Assembly (NCBI RefSeq): GCF_009914755.1 | Contig: NC_060930.1 | DNA: 64,000 nt | Direction: 5' to 3' (one strand) | DNA from: the human T2T-CHM13v2.0 reference genome, Homo sapiens | Part shown: positions 33,073-48,960 of the stretch, in pieces | Position numbering within the stretch: the first letter of the stretch is position 1 | Layout of the letters: each line of letters starts with the position of its first letter | The notes under the pieces: generated by a model | The model's database searches: none | The model's input: only the letters and a program-made list of their open reading frames with translations | Told to the model about the DNA's origin: nothing | Program-made: the position numbers and the translations under genes

Positions 33073-34069
33073 TGCATGCAAGTAAACTTCTCAGAATAGA
33101 CTCTGCAATAAAACTTATAATTATCCATAGGTCACTGAGAAATCCATTTAGCATCCAGAAAGGGAAAGAGAAAGATAGAGAGCAAGGAGAGAGGAGAGTA
33201 AGAAGGAAAGAGGGAGGGAGAGAGAGAGAACAAGAGTATCTTTTGGTTGATGCTGAGGTGATGATATCAATTGATGACTTAGTCATCTGCAAAGCAGCCT
33301 TCAGAACTGATTATCTGATGACTGTCAACTGATCAAACTTGTGTACAAATATAAAATGTTGATTATTTGGTTGACTCAAACATTGTTTTTGGTGCGGCAA
33401 GCAGGTGGGTCTGGGATAGAATGATAGGACCATGAGTGGTTTGGATTAGGTCTAAGAGAATGTAGAATGTCCTCATGGAATCTTCGCAGTCTCATAATGA
33501 AACAAGCAGGACATTCTAATCAGACAGAGGCTGTTTTGAAGTCTACATCTTTCACTTCTAAGTTTTGGAACTTTATCCAAGATTTTTATTCTGTCTGAGT
33601 GTCAGTCTAAGTAAAAAATTTCATTAACAATGAAAATAATAATAACAAAAGTAATACTTGCTTTATTGTGTTGTTATGGGTTTCCTAAGAAAAAACTTCT
33701 GCAATTGTTTCTGCATTGAATAACCAGTATTTCCTTTTCTGTTTACTAATGGTTGGGACCCAGGGCCAAAAGAGTGGCTCTAGTAAACTTCTAGAACTTA
33801 TTTAGGCTATTCAGGATGACAAACATGTGGGTCAAATACCCAGGGAGTGGTATGTGACTACTGTATACTAGAGTTAGCCTGTATACAGTCTTACAGGGCA
33901 CAGAAATAGGACACAGAATCAGCTGCTTTCTGACTAGTAGGAATAAATCCTTAGAATACAGTTTCCAAGATGTTTAAAACTGTATCTAAAATGTAGAAAT
34001 AACCTGGTACAGTCTGTAGGATCTCCTTTAAATAATGCAATACAAAATCAAAATGTAGTGAGAAATAAT

Positions 34070-34176
34070 AAGATAAAATTGGCAAAATGATGATACTTTT
34101 TTGAAATTGGGTGCTAGCTACATGGGAGTTTCTTCTACTATTTTCTCTACTTTACGTGTGTTTGAAATTTTCCATA
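34070..34176 (+). mobile_element. Ancient L1M 3' terminus, the target of the L1PA insertion; its aataaa resumes near 35263
   Basis: gggtgctagctacatgggagtt...ctattttctctactttacgtgtgtttgaaattttccata is a typical old-L1 3' end. Confidence 0.7.
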
Positions 34177-35250
<1,074 letters not shown>

Positions 35251-35403
35251 GAAATTTTCCATAATAAAAATATAACATTGGCATTCCTGAAATTTTTTTT
35301 GCGTCTTGGGCCACTTTGAATAGCTAATGAGGGAAACTGATACTCTGTCCAGAAATACATACACATTCAAAAATATGTGGCTATGTTTGCAATTGGTTCA
35401 CAG

Positions 35404-36031
35404 TGAAGTGGTATCATTCATCTGCGGTAATACCTGAGGCTTATTGTCTCACACCAAGGAAATCAAGGATGTGGACACACAAAGAATAAGTTTAAGAGCA
35501 GATTTTAAAAGACAAAAGAGAAAAGCTCCCTTGTGCAGAGAGAGGGGGTTCTGAGCAGATCTCCCTGGTTTGCGACAAGATGTGGTTGGTTTTATAGATG
35601 AGCTTGAGGAGGTGGTGTTTGATTTACATAGGGCACAAAGGATTGGTCGGACCAGTTGTGCCATTTACATAGCACGTGATGAAGCTGGCCACCCCACCCT
35701 AATATTTTATTATGCAGATGGTTTCTCTACCTGGCCGGCACTATGTTGTCTGCTTCTTTACTGCACATGTAGCAACAAGGAAGAAAGAAGATGGACCCTC
35801 TATGTTGAACATACCTGGTTTCCAGGTATCCCTTTTCTATTGGCACAGCTGCTGGCATTTACATGTGCAAGCTTCCAGCTTGCTTATTTATGTTTGCAGC
35901 TTGATTTTTCAGGCTGCTTTTTGTTAGAAAAGAAATGATTTGGAGCCTGCTTTTTATTAAAAGGAAATTCCTCCGAGGGCTCTCTTACCCTCACTATCTG
36001 TCTAAATAATTTCTTTTTAGCTTTTGTATTA
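35404..36031 (-). mobile_element. ERV1-class solo LTR (MER50-like)
   Basis: The minus strand begins taatacaaaagctaaaaagaaattatttagacagatagtgagggtaagagag and ends ...ggtattaccgcagatgaatgataccacttca. Confidence 0.75.
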
Positions 36032-36539
36032 TTGGCTCTCTCTTTTCCCCTTTCCTCAACCCAAAGTCCATCCGTGTGTCTCCTGCATTCAACAGACTCC
36101 TTGTTTGTACACAGGAAATATCTCCAAATCAAGACTCTTGGAGACTTTAGACTGGGTCTTTGGGCCATCAAGTGCAATTCATGGTTCTCATTTCTCAAAG
36201 CTTGGCTTTAGTTCAGATCACTTTTACTTTCTACTTTTCCCAAGCACCTTCTGCTCTATGTCACACAGAACTTTCTCAAGGGTGACAGTGCTTCTCTCAT
36301 CTGTGCTCTGTTTAAACAAAGGCAGGGAGCCAAGGTCAAGTCAAAGAAAATAAGTGGCTTGTGATACTGTGCCACATAGCCACAGAATTGTTTATGACAG
36401 CAGAGGCATTTTCTAAACTCTAATCAAAGGAATTTAGGAGATTACTCAGCAGATGATTAGTATTATACACGTCCAAACTGATTATCGTTTCATGAAATGG
36501 AAGCTAAGTCAGTATAAACCAGGAAAGTCAGCCAAACAC

Positions 36540-36720
36540 TTTATTGGTTAAAAACCTGGATTTTGGTTACAAAGACCAAAATTCAAAACTCAGTTTCATA
36601 AGTCTATTATTTTTGAGACCTCAAGCAAATCCCTTACTTCCATGAGCTTCAGTTTTTTTTTTCTTCTGTAAACTGTGTGACATCTAATTCTGACTTGTTG
36701 AAAAGATTAAAATAAGATAC
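36540..36720 (+). mobile_element. MIR fragment
   Basis: gacctcaagcaaatcccttacttccatgagcttcagttt...ctgtaaa. Confidence 0.6.
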
Positions 36721-36829
36721 GAGTAAGATCCCTCCAACCAATGGTGGCTATGACCAGGTTTTTGGGTAGTACTCAAAACCTCGTTATTTTACCTAATAGA
36801 GTCCTCAAGTATATCAACAATATGTCATC

Positions 36830-37930
36830 AGGCATCTTGGATGTGCTTTTATAACATCATCTTTTTCTCAGAACTTACATCTCCTTAGGCTCACACTTTT
36901 CTTTACTGATTTTCCTGATTTTTCAGCCTCTCTGAACATATACCCTGATAATCCTCCAGTTCATCTCCCATCTTCTTATTCTATGAATGAATCCTTAGGA
37001 TTTTATCTAACCTCAGGGTTTTAATTATTATTAATTTCCTAATGAGTTCCAGTCATTTTAAAAGATCTTCAATCCTTCCTTACCCCTGAGCTCCAGACTT
37101 TGAAGTAAGAATGACAGAAAGTCAACATTTCCGGAGCTGAGTTTCTAGTCCCTGTCTGTCCTCCTCTCTACCATTGTTACCACTCTTGAGTTTTTCCATC
37201 TCAGTTTCACTAATCAACTTATGTAGATCCTCTTTCCCTCAGCACACAAATTCAAATAACTCCTATTGAATCATCTTCCTAATAATTATTATCATGTTCT
37301 TTCCTTTCCTCTCTCTCTCCTGCTTCCACTTCCTCAATTCATCATCACCTCTCCCTTTAATTGCTAAAATAAACTCATGACTGGTTTCCCCAACTTTGTT
37401 TTTCTCCTTTTCCAATACCAACAGCTCTCAAAATGTGGCTTGTGTGAAACGTGAAGTTGGTCTTGAACTCTTCTACTTCAAAGTCAGTCGACCTACTGAC
37501 TTGTGGCCACCACAATTGTCTTGACTTCCATTACCTGCTCCTTCTTGACTCATATTTTATGTTTTCGCAAAAACAAAACCCATGTGGGTTTCTCTCATTC
37601 AGTGACATTTTATATCTCCTTGCCTTTGATCTTAATATTCTGAGTGTGTGAAATATTCCCTCCCATTTTTTTATTGTCATGTAGTAACTCATCCTCATTC
37701 CATGAGATTCTTTCTTCCTTAACTCTTTGCAAAAATTTCCTTCATTGGCTGGAATAGCTGCAAAACCCTGCGCTTCCATTCCACACCATGGCTCTATCGT
37801 AGCTTCTGAGTTATTTCCAACTTTCCAGTTAGACATAAGCTCCTCAAGAGCAGGGATTTTACCTTATCAGCATTAGGAATTCTTGTAATATGGCACATAT
37901 TAAGAACCTAGCAAATGTTTATCGTACAAA
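36830..37930 (+). mobile_element. Degraded L2 including the 3' end
   Basis: cccctgagctccagact and ataagctcctcaagagcaggga...tggcacatattaag. Confidence 0.6.
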
Positions 37931-38444
37931 ATTAAAAATGTTCCCTATAATCATAGAATATTTTTCAAATGCAATAGCAGGTCAAAACTTTAGGAAAATA
38001 TAAAGTAGTAAGATTTTTCTAAATCTAGTATATATGATTGTCAGAACTACTCACCACATTTCTTGTAAAGTCAATGATTTCTCCTGGAGTGATTTTATTC
38101 CTTCATTGGCATAAGAAAGCTGAAGCCAGAGCACTAAGAATGGCAGGAGATAGGCTTCAAAGACCTTCTGATCGCAAATATTTTCCTTGTGTTACCTCAA
38201 ATTCAACAGTATGCATGCTTTTCAAGTTCTATCAACTAAAGGTTACTTTTGGCTAATAGAAGGGTGTTAATCATTAATTCATCCGTGTCTACTGGAAACG
38301 AGAATATTTCCCTCTGAGATAATATTGGTTAAGGAGTGAATTTTTTGTATGGATAACAGAGAAAATGAGGGAGAGGATTTTTCTTCAAATATGGGGAGTT
38401 GGAGGAGATGGATTTGAGCAGCCTGACTGTACTTTGGGGGTTCT

Positions 38445-38698
38445 CCTTGCAGTGTTGTTGCAATGGTTGGGCACTACAGCACTCCAGCTTGCATTACATT
38501 GGCATTACATTGTAGAGAATTCACATTACAGTCTATGCAAATTGTGTAATCTGTGTAGATATAGTTGGCAGCTCTCTGACTGGCCCTTGATGAAAGACAG
38601 TCAGAGAGGAGAGTTACATGGTACTAATGCAATGTAGAACTAGAGTGAATGGGCATAAAAAACAGTTATTGTGCTCATAGCCACTGTAGCAACCAAGG
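38445..38698. mobile_element. Ancient branched palindromic element (possibly MER135-class)
   Basis: Nested inverted repeats, including the perfect pair ctctctgactg/cagtcagagag; the family name is from memory only. Confidence 0.55.
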
Positions 38699-38806
38699 CA
38701 TGAGAATATAAGAGCAAAATCAATTTTTAAAGGAATAAAATCTATTCAATTCAACATCTAGGCACAAGGACTATCAAAAAATAATCTGTCAGAAAATCTC
38801 CATTGA

Positions 38807-39345
<539 letters not shown>

Positions 39346-40224
39346 TTAAAAAAAATACACTTTGGGTACGGCAAAGGACCTTATTTTTCTGATTTGTAGA
39401 ATTATTTATAAGTATAGAAAACAAGACCAGGTCTTTGAAACTGGAATCATCATATAAAACCTGAAATATATTGTTGTCTGTATTTTTATGCAGAAAAATT
39501 CTCTTAGCCTAGGCTATAAAAATGTTTGATATCTTATTGGTCCTGTTAATATAATATAGTCCATCTTTAGAGAGTTAAATGATTCCTTAACCTGAAGGAT
39601 ATGTGATAAAGTATAGAAACTAGTGTCAGTAATTAAATAAGAAGTACATGATGATATTGTGTTCTAGTGATCTTTAGCTCTTGGGTACAGATGAACTTAT
39701 GAATTTATGCTCAGAAAGATACCTCCCAAAACAATGAATGGCTTCAATCTAGCCTTTCAGTGTAAAGTTACTCTTATCACTTTTTTCTATATTCTGAGAG
39801 CCAAAAATATGTTTGATTGGGAATTGGGAATAGATGAAATCCCTGCCCATGGCAGAGAGAGTCTATAGATGTTTCCAAAAAATTTATCACAGCAATGGCA
39901 TTCACAAAAGCAAAAAGAAATCTATCTTCACTGTTGAAATAATGTTGAAATGAAGTGTTCTGGAATCTTATGCTTCTTCCTCTGGAGCTGCCCTCAGTAG
40001 TTCAGTCAGGGAATATGATAATAGGAAATAATTGGGACTCAGCAAAATTTAGGAGTAAGAAAAATAGACCTTTTATTTGTTATTTGCCTTAAAATTAAAA
40101 TGCTCTAAAATTAGGAAAAATGTTTCAATAATAAGAAACAAGAGAGGACATTATCAGAAGAAAAGAAATCAGAAGACTACTCATATTGCCACTGTTTTTG
40201 TGAGATGAGGTGAACATTTTAAGA

Positions 40225-40230
<6 letters not shown>

Positions 40231-40280
<50 letters not shown>
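40231..40280. repeat. (CA)25 microsatellite
   Basis: Read directly from the sequence. Confidence 0.97.
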
Positions 40281-40281
<1 letters not shown>

Positions 40282-43271
40282 TCTGCCTTTCTTTAAGGCT
40301 AACTAGGGTTCTTAAGAAATTATTTCATCAACACATTAGTTTCTAACCAACCCCGTCCTTCTGAAGGGAGTTACTCATCAAAACATTTCATCAGCAGCTA
40401 ATCAAGACAGCTAATGGCCCATATATGTATATACTTCATTACCTGCAGTAACTTAAATGAATCTTATATGACTGGCAGCTGTCAACTCTTACTCAGCTCA
40501 TGAGTAAAGAACAAAAATGAGAAACTGAAGGTTAAACACAGCAGCTCAGTATAGCAGTTTGTTTCCCAGGATATTTTAAATATTGCCTTTTCAAGAATTT
40601 GGAAGGGAATATTTAACTATAATATCTACTATAACTATAATTGTTCAGTTCCACATTTTCAACAATTTTAGTAGACTGTCGCTGTAGAATTAATTCCAGT
40701 GGACAGTGGTCTAAGTATATCTTTTAACTGGCTACAAAAGTTGACAGACCTATGTATTAGAGACAAGGTCAAATTTGAAAGACAATTGTTGCTAAGGAAA
40801 CAAAGTCTTCAGGATACAAAGCTACAAGGCCTGGGTTTTAGCCCCTGGTCTGTCTGTGAGTACTGTGAGCTTAGAAAAGCCATTTAAGCCCTCGGTCTGT
40901 TCTCTTATTCAATTTAGTTCAATTTAATAAAAATGTATTAAGTTCAATAATCTTTACAATGTATAAGTTGGACTAAATAAGTTTTAAGGCCCATTCAAGC
41001 TTGGTGATTCTTCAACCAGCTATTAAATAAAGCCCATTAAACCTGAGCAAATGATTTACATTTAAAGAGATCTGCATCCTTTACCCAAGGTTCAGGACCC
41101 AATTTGCATTTGTCAGAGTATACTTCCTGTCTGAGGCAAACAATCCGATATACATGGGTATTTTTCTCATTTTCCATTGAGAAGATACCAGGATATGTTT
41201 AGCATAACACATTAAAACTTAGCTTTAAAACACAGTTTTTCACATAGGATACTATAAACGTTAATATATGCTATCAGATTAATGAATAAGAATAGGGAAA
41301 ATATACATGCAGTAATAACTCATTTGAATCTTTAATGTTATTAATTTATTCATCCAACAGATATTATTGAGTTTTCAAAGTATTCTCAGACTGTGTTAGA
41401 TTTAAGACAGAAAAATCAGTCCCCACATTTAAATTCTGAAATCCATTTTTTAAATGTTTTGTTTGTATGGACAAAGAGAAAGACACATTTAACTTCCTAT
41501 AATTTTCCCAAAAAAGCATTGGGTCAAAAAACTATTTAAGTGTTGTCATGGTAAATACTTCACCTTAGGATTTGTTGTAACTTTTAGATGTCAATTTTTA
41601 ACAGGCATGATGAAAATATTTTAGGCTAGTCAAACTGACAATCTACTACTCATAGAAGTAAGGAAAGGCAATGTTGTTTTATTTACATAGTCTCAATTGC
41701 CTTTCTTCTTTGTGCTTCTCAGCCATAATACAGTCAAAACAACATTGAACTGACATGGTGTTTGGAGTATAATCCTAAAGCTATTTTGGTTTTGCTACTT
41801 GTTACCTTTTAATTTTATTCAAGAGCCTAGATTTTAGATTTTTCCTACATGAACATTTGCAGAGGTTCTAAAACCCTACTGGATGCTTTCAGCCACAAAA
41901 TAACACTGCAGGAATAAAATATCCCATCCATTATAACAGTGAGAACTGCAAACTCAATCACCAGATGATGGTATTTCTGCTGCCCCCAGCTCAGGCCTCC
42001 ACAGATGGGAAGACTGCCACCAGAGAAAAACTTGTGGGTGACTTCCTTCTTGCCCCAGCCCCAGAGGTTTCTCTCCTCCAGCTGGTGTCTGCAATTTTGA
42101 CCCCTTTGGGTTGGGACGCAGGGAAGAAGATGGCAGGAAAGGCATTACCTTAACAAAACCTCCCCTGCGCTGGTGTCACTGCTCACCATTGGGGTTGGCA
42201 GGTGTTTAAACATATTTGGTCCCTGAGATTTGTGAAATCTTTGGAGACTTCTGTGTGTTCACTCCTTACCTCGCTTCCACCCATCTGAGGGGTTTTCAAA
42301 TCTAGTACCCTTGAAGATGTAAATGTCCTAGGAATCCAGTGACACTCCTAGCACTCTTAGCATCCCTCTGCCTGGTGGTCCTCTTTGACCCTTGGATTCT
42401 TATGGGGAAAAACATATGACCTTTGCTTCAGCAGTCTCTGAGAGTATAGTTACTTCACAAGCCTCTGCCTTCTCTATACCAACCCTTTATATATCTCTAG
42501 TAGGACTCAGTTACCAGTCCTCCATACATTCCTTTGGCTGGGAGGCACTGCAGAGGATCAGAGGATACAGGGGACACATTGGTGATTTCCTTAAAGCCCC
42601 TTTCTCCTAAATAAGAGATAAAGGGCAGATATTCTCTTTTGTTCACTTTGGGTTGGAAGAAATTTAAAATACTTCTCTCTCCTAAGAAAATGTCCCCCAA
42701 AATACTCAATTCATCAGCTCCAAATTCTTTTATCCCCTCCATGTGCATGAGGAGTCTCAGAACATCCAAGTCATTCATGTCAGTATTCAAAAACAATTTT
42801 TTTCAGTCTTGAGCTAGCACTGCCTTTAAAATATGCTTCACCTGAAACTTTCTATCAAGCATCTTCTTATGTAAATAACACTGAGGGATTTTACTCCCTA
42901 CAGAAACTTGTTGACACAGAAATAAGTGTGTTTATTGACTGGTGTTTGAGAACTCATAAATATAACTCTTTGAAACACTGTAATATTTGCCAATATCTTA
43001 TTATAACACTGCACATGGTTTATACTTTTGAAAAACTAAAATAGTTGGAGTATAATATCTCTGCAGAAGGCCTTTGAAACTTTGCGTCAAAATGCCCTAA
43101 ATTAGACTTTTCATGTCACTATCAAAAACTATTAAATACTCTTATCATCACAGTATGAAGAGAGATTTTCATGTTTTGCATTTAACAAAATAAAGGATCA
43201 GAAATATTGTTGGTTATTTTAATACACATCAAGAAATCCAAGACCAGGAAGTACATCTTAAGGTATTCTGA

Positions 43272-43487
43272 ACCTCTATTATCCACTATGATAGTCACTA
43301 CCCAATTGAAGCTATACAAATTCAGATTTAAATTAATTAACTTATGTAGAATTAAATATTCCAGTTCTTAAGTGCATTAGCCATGGTTCAAGTGCCCAAT
43401 AGTCATAACAGGTTAGAGACTACCATATAGAACAGTGCAAATATTTTTAAATTGCATCATTATAAAAATTTCTTTTGGACAACACTG
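43272..43487. mobile_element. MER3-like hAT fossil
   Basis: cattagccatggttcaagtgcccaatagtca...ctaccatatagaacagtgca...ttggacaacactg. Confidence 0.7.
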
Positions 43488-46400
43488 CTCTAGAGAAAGA
43501 TACCACAGTTAAACCCATATGCATGGAATCAGAGGAAGTAGGGAAATGTTTGAGAATTGCTTAGGATGAGACTTCTAAAGTAGCATTAACAGTTTGTCCA
43601 GGTAAATGACTAAATGCCTCTTCTGGTACAGCACAGCGTCCCATTTTGGTGATGTGGCTTAGGAAGGCTTCAAATCGGGCAGTTAGTACACAGCTGCTAA
43701 AATACAAATTTTCTGCTAAAATACAAATAAATTATCTAGATATAACTAGATCTAGACCTAACTGCCTCAGAGAAGCTGAAAGAGAATCTAAAAAGGGGCA
43801 AAGTAAAGACTTGACATGGTGCAAATTAAACTTACAGTTAAATATGTTTATCTTTGAAAGACAGTCACTTGATTTACAAGCATGAGGTTTTTCCATTTTC
43901 TTTTCCTATGTCCTTAAAATAGTTATGATTTGCATCCACAATCATTTATTAGGATGATGAGATCTGTTGTTACCGTGTGTAAGATGTCATTGGAACATTT
44001 CTAGAGAAAATTGTAACGCAATTCTCTTTTTAAGCTTTATTTGTGATTTGCTTTTTAAAATTGACTTCTTTTGTTTCAAAAGAGCAGGAAAGGTGAGATA
44101 AAACCTGGAGATAATAAAAAAATATATATCCTGTTTGTCTGTTTTCTGTACAAAACAAAAGGTTAGAGCTATTATTTTTTCTTCAAAATAAAGCAAATAA
44201 CTCTTTGGTCATCTATAACAGGGCAGCACTATTTTGAACAGTTTGATGTCATTTCTACATCCCTCAAGGAAACAAAGGGGAAAGTCAGAGGAAAGGGAAA
44301 AGGCAGCTTTGATAAGTTATGCCAGTCACTGGTCCCTGAGAGTGAAGCATCCTGTTTTTATCATGTGGCTGAAAACCAGAGAGAAAAAAAATTTACTGTG
44401 ATCAGTGGTATCCATTCTTTTGTTATTTCACAGCTACCGGACACAATTCTCTAAATAATCAAACTAAATGAGGACCTTTTTAGTGACAACTGTGAAACAA
44501 TGGGTCAGACTGGGTAAAGGTCAGTGGAAAATAACAGTTTGAGGTGGAGAAAGAATAGTGACAAGCCAGAGAAATCTCGTGGTATGAATAACATCCAGAG
44601 TCAGGAGTGACTGTTGTCACTAGATTTTATGACTGTCCTATCAATGCCATCAATTAATACTTCCAATTATTGTTAAAGTCAGTGGGCTATACTACACATA
44701 AAAAGTAATAGAAAATGTGATGCTCATAAAAGTGAAGAAGTCTTTCTAAACAAAAAATGCCTTTTAAATTAACTTTTTGTCGTTCCTAGGATTGCCATAT
44801 CCATTAATCATTCAATCATTTAAAAGGGCTTCTAGCAAAATGACCTCAGGGATTGCTACCATTTGGAATTCATATCCATTCAGTCGTCTTATCTCTGGGT
44901 GTCCAGGTGCATTCCTATAGCATTTATCAACGTAGCATCTATGGGATGTCACCTCAGCACAAGTACATGTGCAGCAATTATAGAAGAAACACCTCTTCAC
45001 CCTTCTTTATATCAGACTGTCTTTCTAGTACAACCTCCATGCTGGGGCAGAAAGAGACCTCTGTCTCTAGGCCTTGGTATCTTTAGCAAAAATATTTGAG
45101 GAAAAATCTTAACTTCTTTTTGTAACAAATATAATGCTTTAGTTAATATAAGATTACTCAATATGAAACTATCTAGTAACTAGCTTGCTTGCATTCCTAG
45201 TATCTTTGTAAGGACTTGGAAAAAATATTAAAAAGAAAATTCAGCCAATCACCTGGATGTTTGTTTTACTTGCTGCCAAACATCTGGATATTTACATATA
45301 TCATGATGATAATATCCTTCAGTGATTTTTACATGAATTGTGTAGATACAGCCTTAGATTGGGGGCAAGATCAGTTGAAATGATTTGACAGAGCTATTTA
45401 TACAATTAAGCCTTTACTAAAAGGGAATGTGAGTTAAGCTTCTGCCATTTAGAGCGTTATTATGATTTATATGGAATTGGCTTAATATTTTAGAATTTCT
45501 GCATATTTTTCCCTCCATGATAGCTTGAAGCCTCCTAGTGAATTAAAAATATTCAAGCACTTAGAGTCCCAATGGATTGCCACTGGGAGTGAACAGAAGG
45601 TTTCTCTCCCTCCCCCGCCTTTTCCTGTTTTCAAGTTGCAGGGCCAGATATATGGTTGTGAGACAACACAGAAGCAGTGTCAAGAAAACCATTTTGCTCA
45701 AGGGACCTGGCAGCTGAACTCTCCCCAAATGCTTTTAGAAAGAAAAAATATATATATTAAATGCCAATTTAAAACAAATCCAAAGATTTGTGGAGCCCTT
45801 GTTCACCTTATGATGCTGCTGTAGATATGAATGTACACCAAATGAGGTAACAGATTAAGAAAAGTCAATGCTTAAATTCTCTGGAGTTTTCTAACAAGAG
45901 ATCTGGGCAGTATAAAAGCATATCAGGTTTCTCAGAGATTATTAACTCTGGACTGCATTTCAAAGTATATCAAGTGCTGTCTGCTTTATACCAAACGGAA
46001 GGGAATACACTACCAGACTCAGCAGACAGAATTAATAAGAACTGTAATAAATCAAATTAAGAAATATTTATTGAACATCTCTGTGTCTCCAGCATTAAAC
46101 TGTTAGGTATGGGATGTATATGAAATATAAATGAAAAGATCTGTGGTCTCAGGAAAGCTTAAATGAATTTGAGCAGATAAGACAACTGCATAGAAAAGAA
46201 ATAATAATGCAGAATTCAAACAGCAATTCAGAAGGAATATCTCAAGAAAATACCATAAATGATAAAAATAGCTCTAACAGGAACATAAAAGACCACACCA
46301 CTTAAAATTTTAAGTTGAAAAGATAGCTTCATGAAAATTTTGCTGTAGAGAATAATGTTGGGCCTCAAAATATAGATATTTACACTTCTCCAGAGACACC

Positions 46401-46606
46401 AGGCTTTGACTGAGTCCTGTATTTGTTCCCAATTAAATGTCATGTTTATAAACAGAGTAAATAACCAAAATGCTCACAGCCAATGATGTGCATGAAATGA
46501 AGTTATAAGGAAATGATTATATAAAAATATATAATAGTGAAGTCATTGAATCATGATGTAGGATAAAATGGCTCCTTGCCCTTAAAAACATCATATGACA
46601 CAGTAA

Positions 46607-46780
<174 letters not shown>

Positions 46781-47589
46781 TAAGTTGCTGGGCTAACCCC
46801 AATTATCTACCAAATCTGGTAACCCCACAATAAGTCTAATCTCTGAAAGGGTTCCTTGCATAGCGCTTTCCTCTCATTTCCTTCTTTTTGCACTGCTAAC
46901 TATGCTCAATAAGAAAATCAAAATCCAAACTTGTTTTTTGATCTAAGATAAATCACGTGTGTCCCCATTCTCTTTGACCTGAAGGCGCCTGAACAAGCCC
47001 TGATGTAAATGACCTAGCTATGGGATGCATTCAGATATTGCTGTTACATCATCACAATGTAACAGAGAGTTGCAACACGATGTGACAAACAGTTTAGAGA
47101 AAGAACAATAATAAATAACCATGACACTCAGTATAAAATGGGCAAATGAAATATTTTTAATATTGTAGTGTTTTAAATATTAACCGCTTATTTTAAATGA
47201 AGAATCTTAGATTAAATTATCTAAAACAGAGAAAGAGATAAGAAGGCCAAACCGCTTATTTGAACGAAAAGGGGATATATAATTATTTTGTTACAGGTTT
47301 TGGTACTTTGATGTAATTCTAAGAACGGTGGGAAATCTTTAAGTGCTGATCTCAAGTAGAACTAAAAAGAGCATGTCTCTGCTAAAAACAGAACTGAAAG
47401 AGATCCCAAAGCAAAATAGAAGAAAATGTAAAAAGTGAAGAAATGAAAATGAATGCATATAACAAGATGACAAAATTAAAATCAAACAGTATATCCATAA
47501 GGGACTGGCAAGAGACAGGTGAGATTGGGTAATTCAACAAAAGTGCTACTTAAAATGTATGTGCAGTTTTATGGACATCACTAAGGTAC

Positions 47590-47949
47590 ATTCAGTATCC
47601 TGAAGCTAGGATTAGAAAACTTTCTGAGCTATAAACCTGAAGGGCAAAAGGAGGAAACAGTTATCAGGACTGGGAAAGTGTGCCTGGAGAGACAGTCTTC
47701 GGCCTGGCTGTGGCATTTGGGAAAGAGACAGGGCAATCACAGAGACCCAGCAGGAAGGAATGAGGATAATAACCCCTTGGCCTCATTCTCTTCCTTTTCT
47801 GCCATCTCCTGCCAGAGCCTACCATTGACCAACTAAACAGAAGGCAAGGAGTCACTGATGCAGTCCCTGTAATTCAGCCTAGTAGAGCACAGAGTGGTAG
47901 AAATGGAGAGGGGATTTCTAGAAGAGCAAGAAAGAAGACATCCAATACA
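47590..47949 (-). mobile_element. ERVL-class LTR fragment (LTR41-like)
   Basis: atctcctgccagagcctaccattgacc...tgatgcagtcc...gaagacatccaataca. Confidence 0.55.
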
Positions 47950-48960
47950 CACAACGATGACATAAACAGTCATAATTGAGCATAATGTTCTTTAAAAAAA
48001 AGTGATCTCCAACTGAGTTTTTAAAAATAGCTCGATTGAGATATAATTCACGTATCCATAAAATTCACACTGTTAAAGCATACAATTCCATGCTTCACCG
48101 TACATTCAGTTTTACAATCGCCACTGTCTAACATTAAACATTTTCATCACCCCAACACGGAATCCTGTGCCTGTTAGCAGTCACTGCCCACTTCCTCCTT
48201 CCCCCAGCCTGGCAAACACTAATCTACTTTCTTCCTCTATGTACTTGCCTGCCTGTTCTGGGCATATTGTTCACATGACATCATACAATATGTGATACTT
48301 TTGTGTCTGGCTTTTTCACTTGGCATAATATTTTCAAGCTTCATCCCTGTTTTACTTCCTTCATTCTTTTTTATGGCTGAGTAACATCATTTCATTGAAG
48401 AGTATACCACATTTTGTTTTCCTATTCTTCAGTGGATGGAAATTTAGCTGTTTCTCCTTTTTTGGCTATTATGAATAATGCTGCTATGGACATTCATGTA
48501 CAAGTTTTGTGTGTGTATTCAATGCTCTTTTATAAATAACCTGGAGTGGAGCTGCTGGCTCATGTAGCATCATAATATTTAACATTTTGAGGAACGACCA
48601 GTTTTCCAAGGAGCTATATGGTTTTACAGTCCCACTAGCAATGCATAAGCGTTCCAATTTCTCCATATCCTTGCCAACACTTATTTAATATTTTTATCTG
48701 TCATTTTTTTTTTACTTTAGTCTTCTTAGTGAGTTTGAAGAGATTATCTCATGTGGTCTTGATGTGTTTTTTTCTAATGAATGTAACTGTTGTGTATCTT
48801 TTCATGTGTTTATTGACTATATGTGCATATTTGTACATATATACTTGGATCATGTCTGTCCAAATTCTTTGCTCTTTTAAAAATTAGGCTTTTTTACTGT
48901 GTTGTAAGAGTTTACATATATATATATATTCTGGATATAAGTTTCTTGTAAGATACATGA

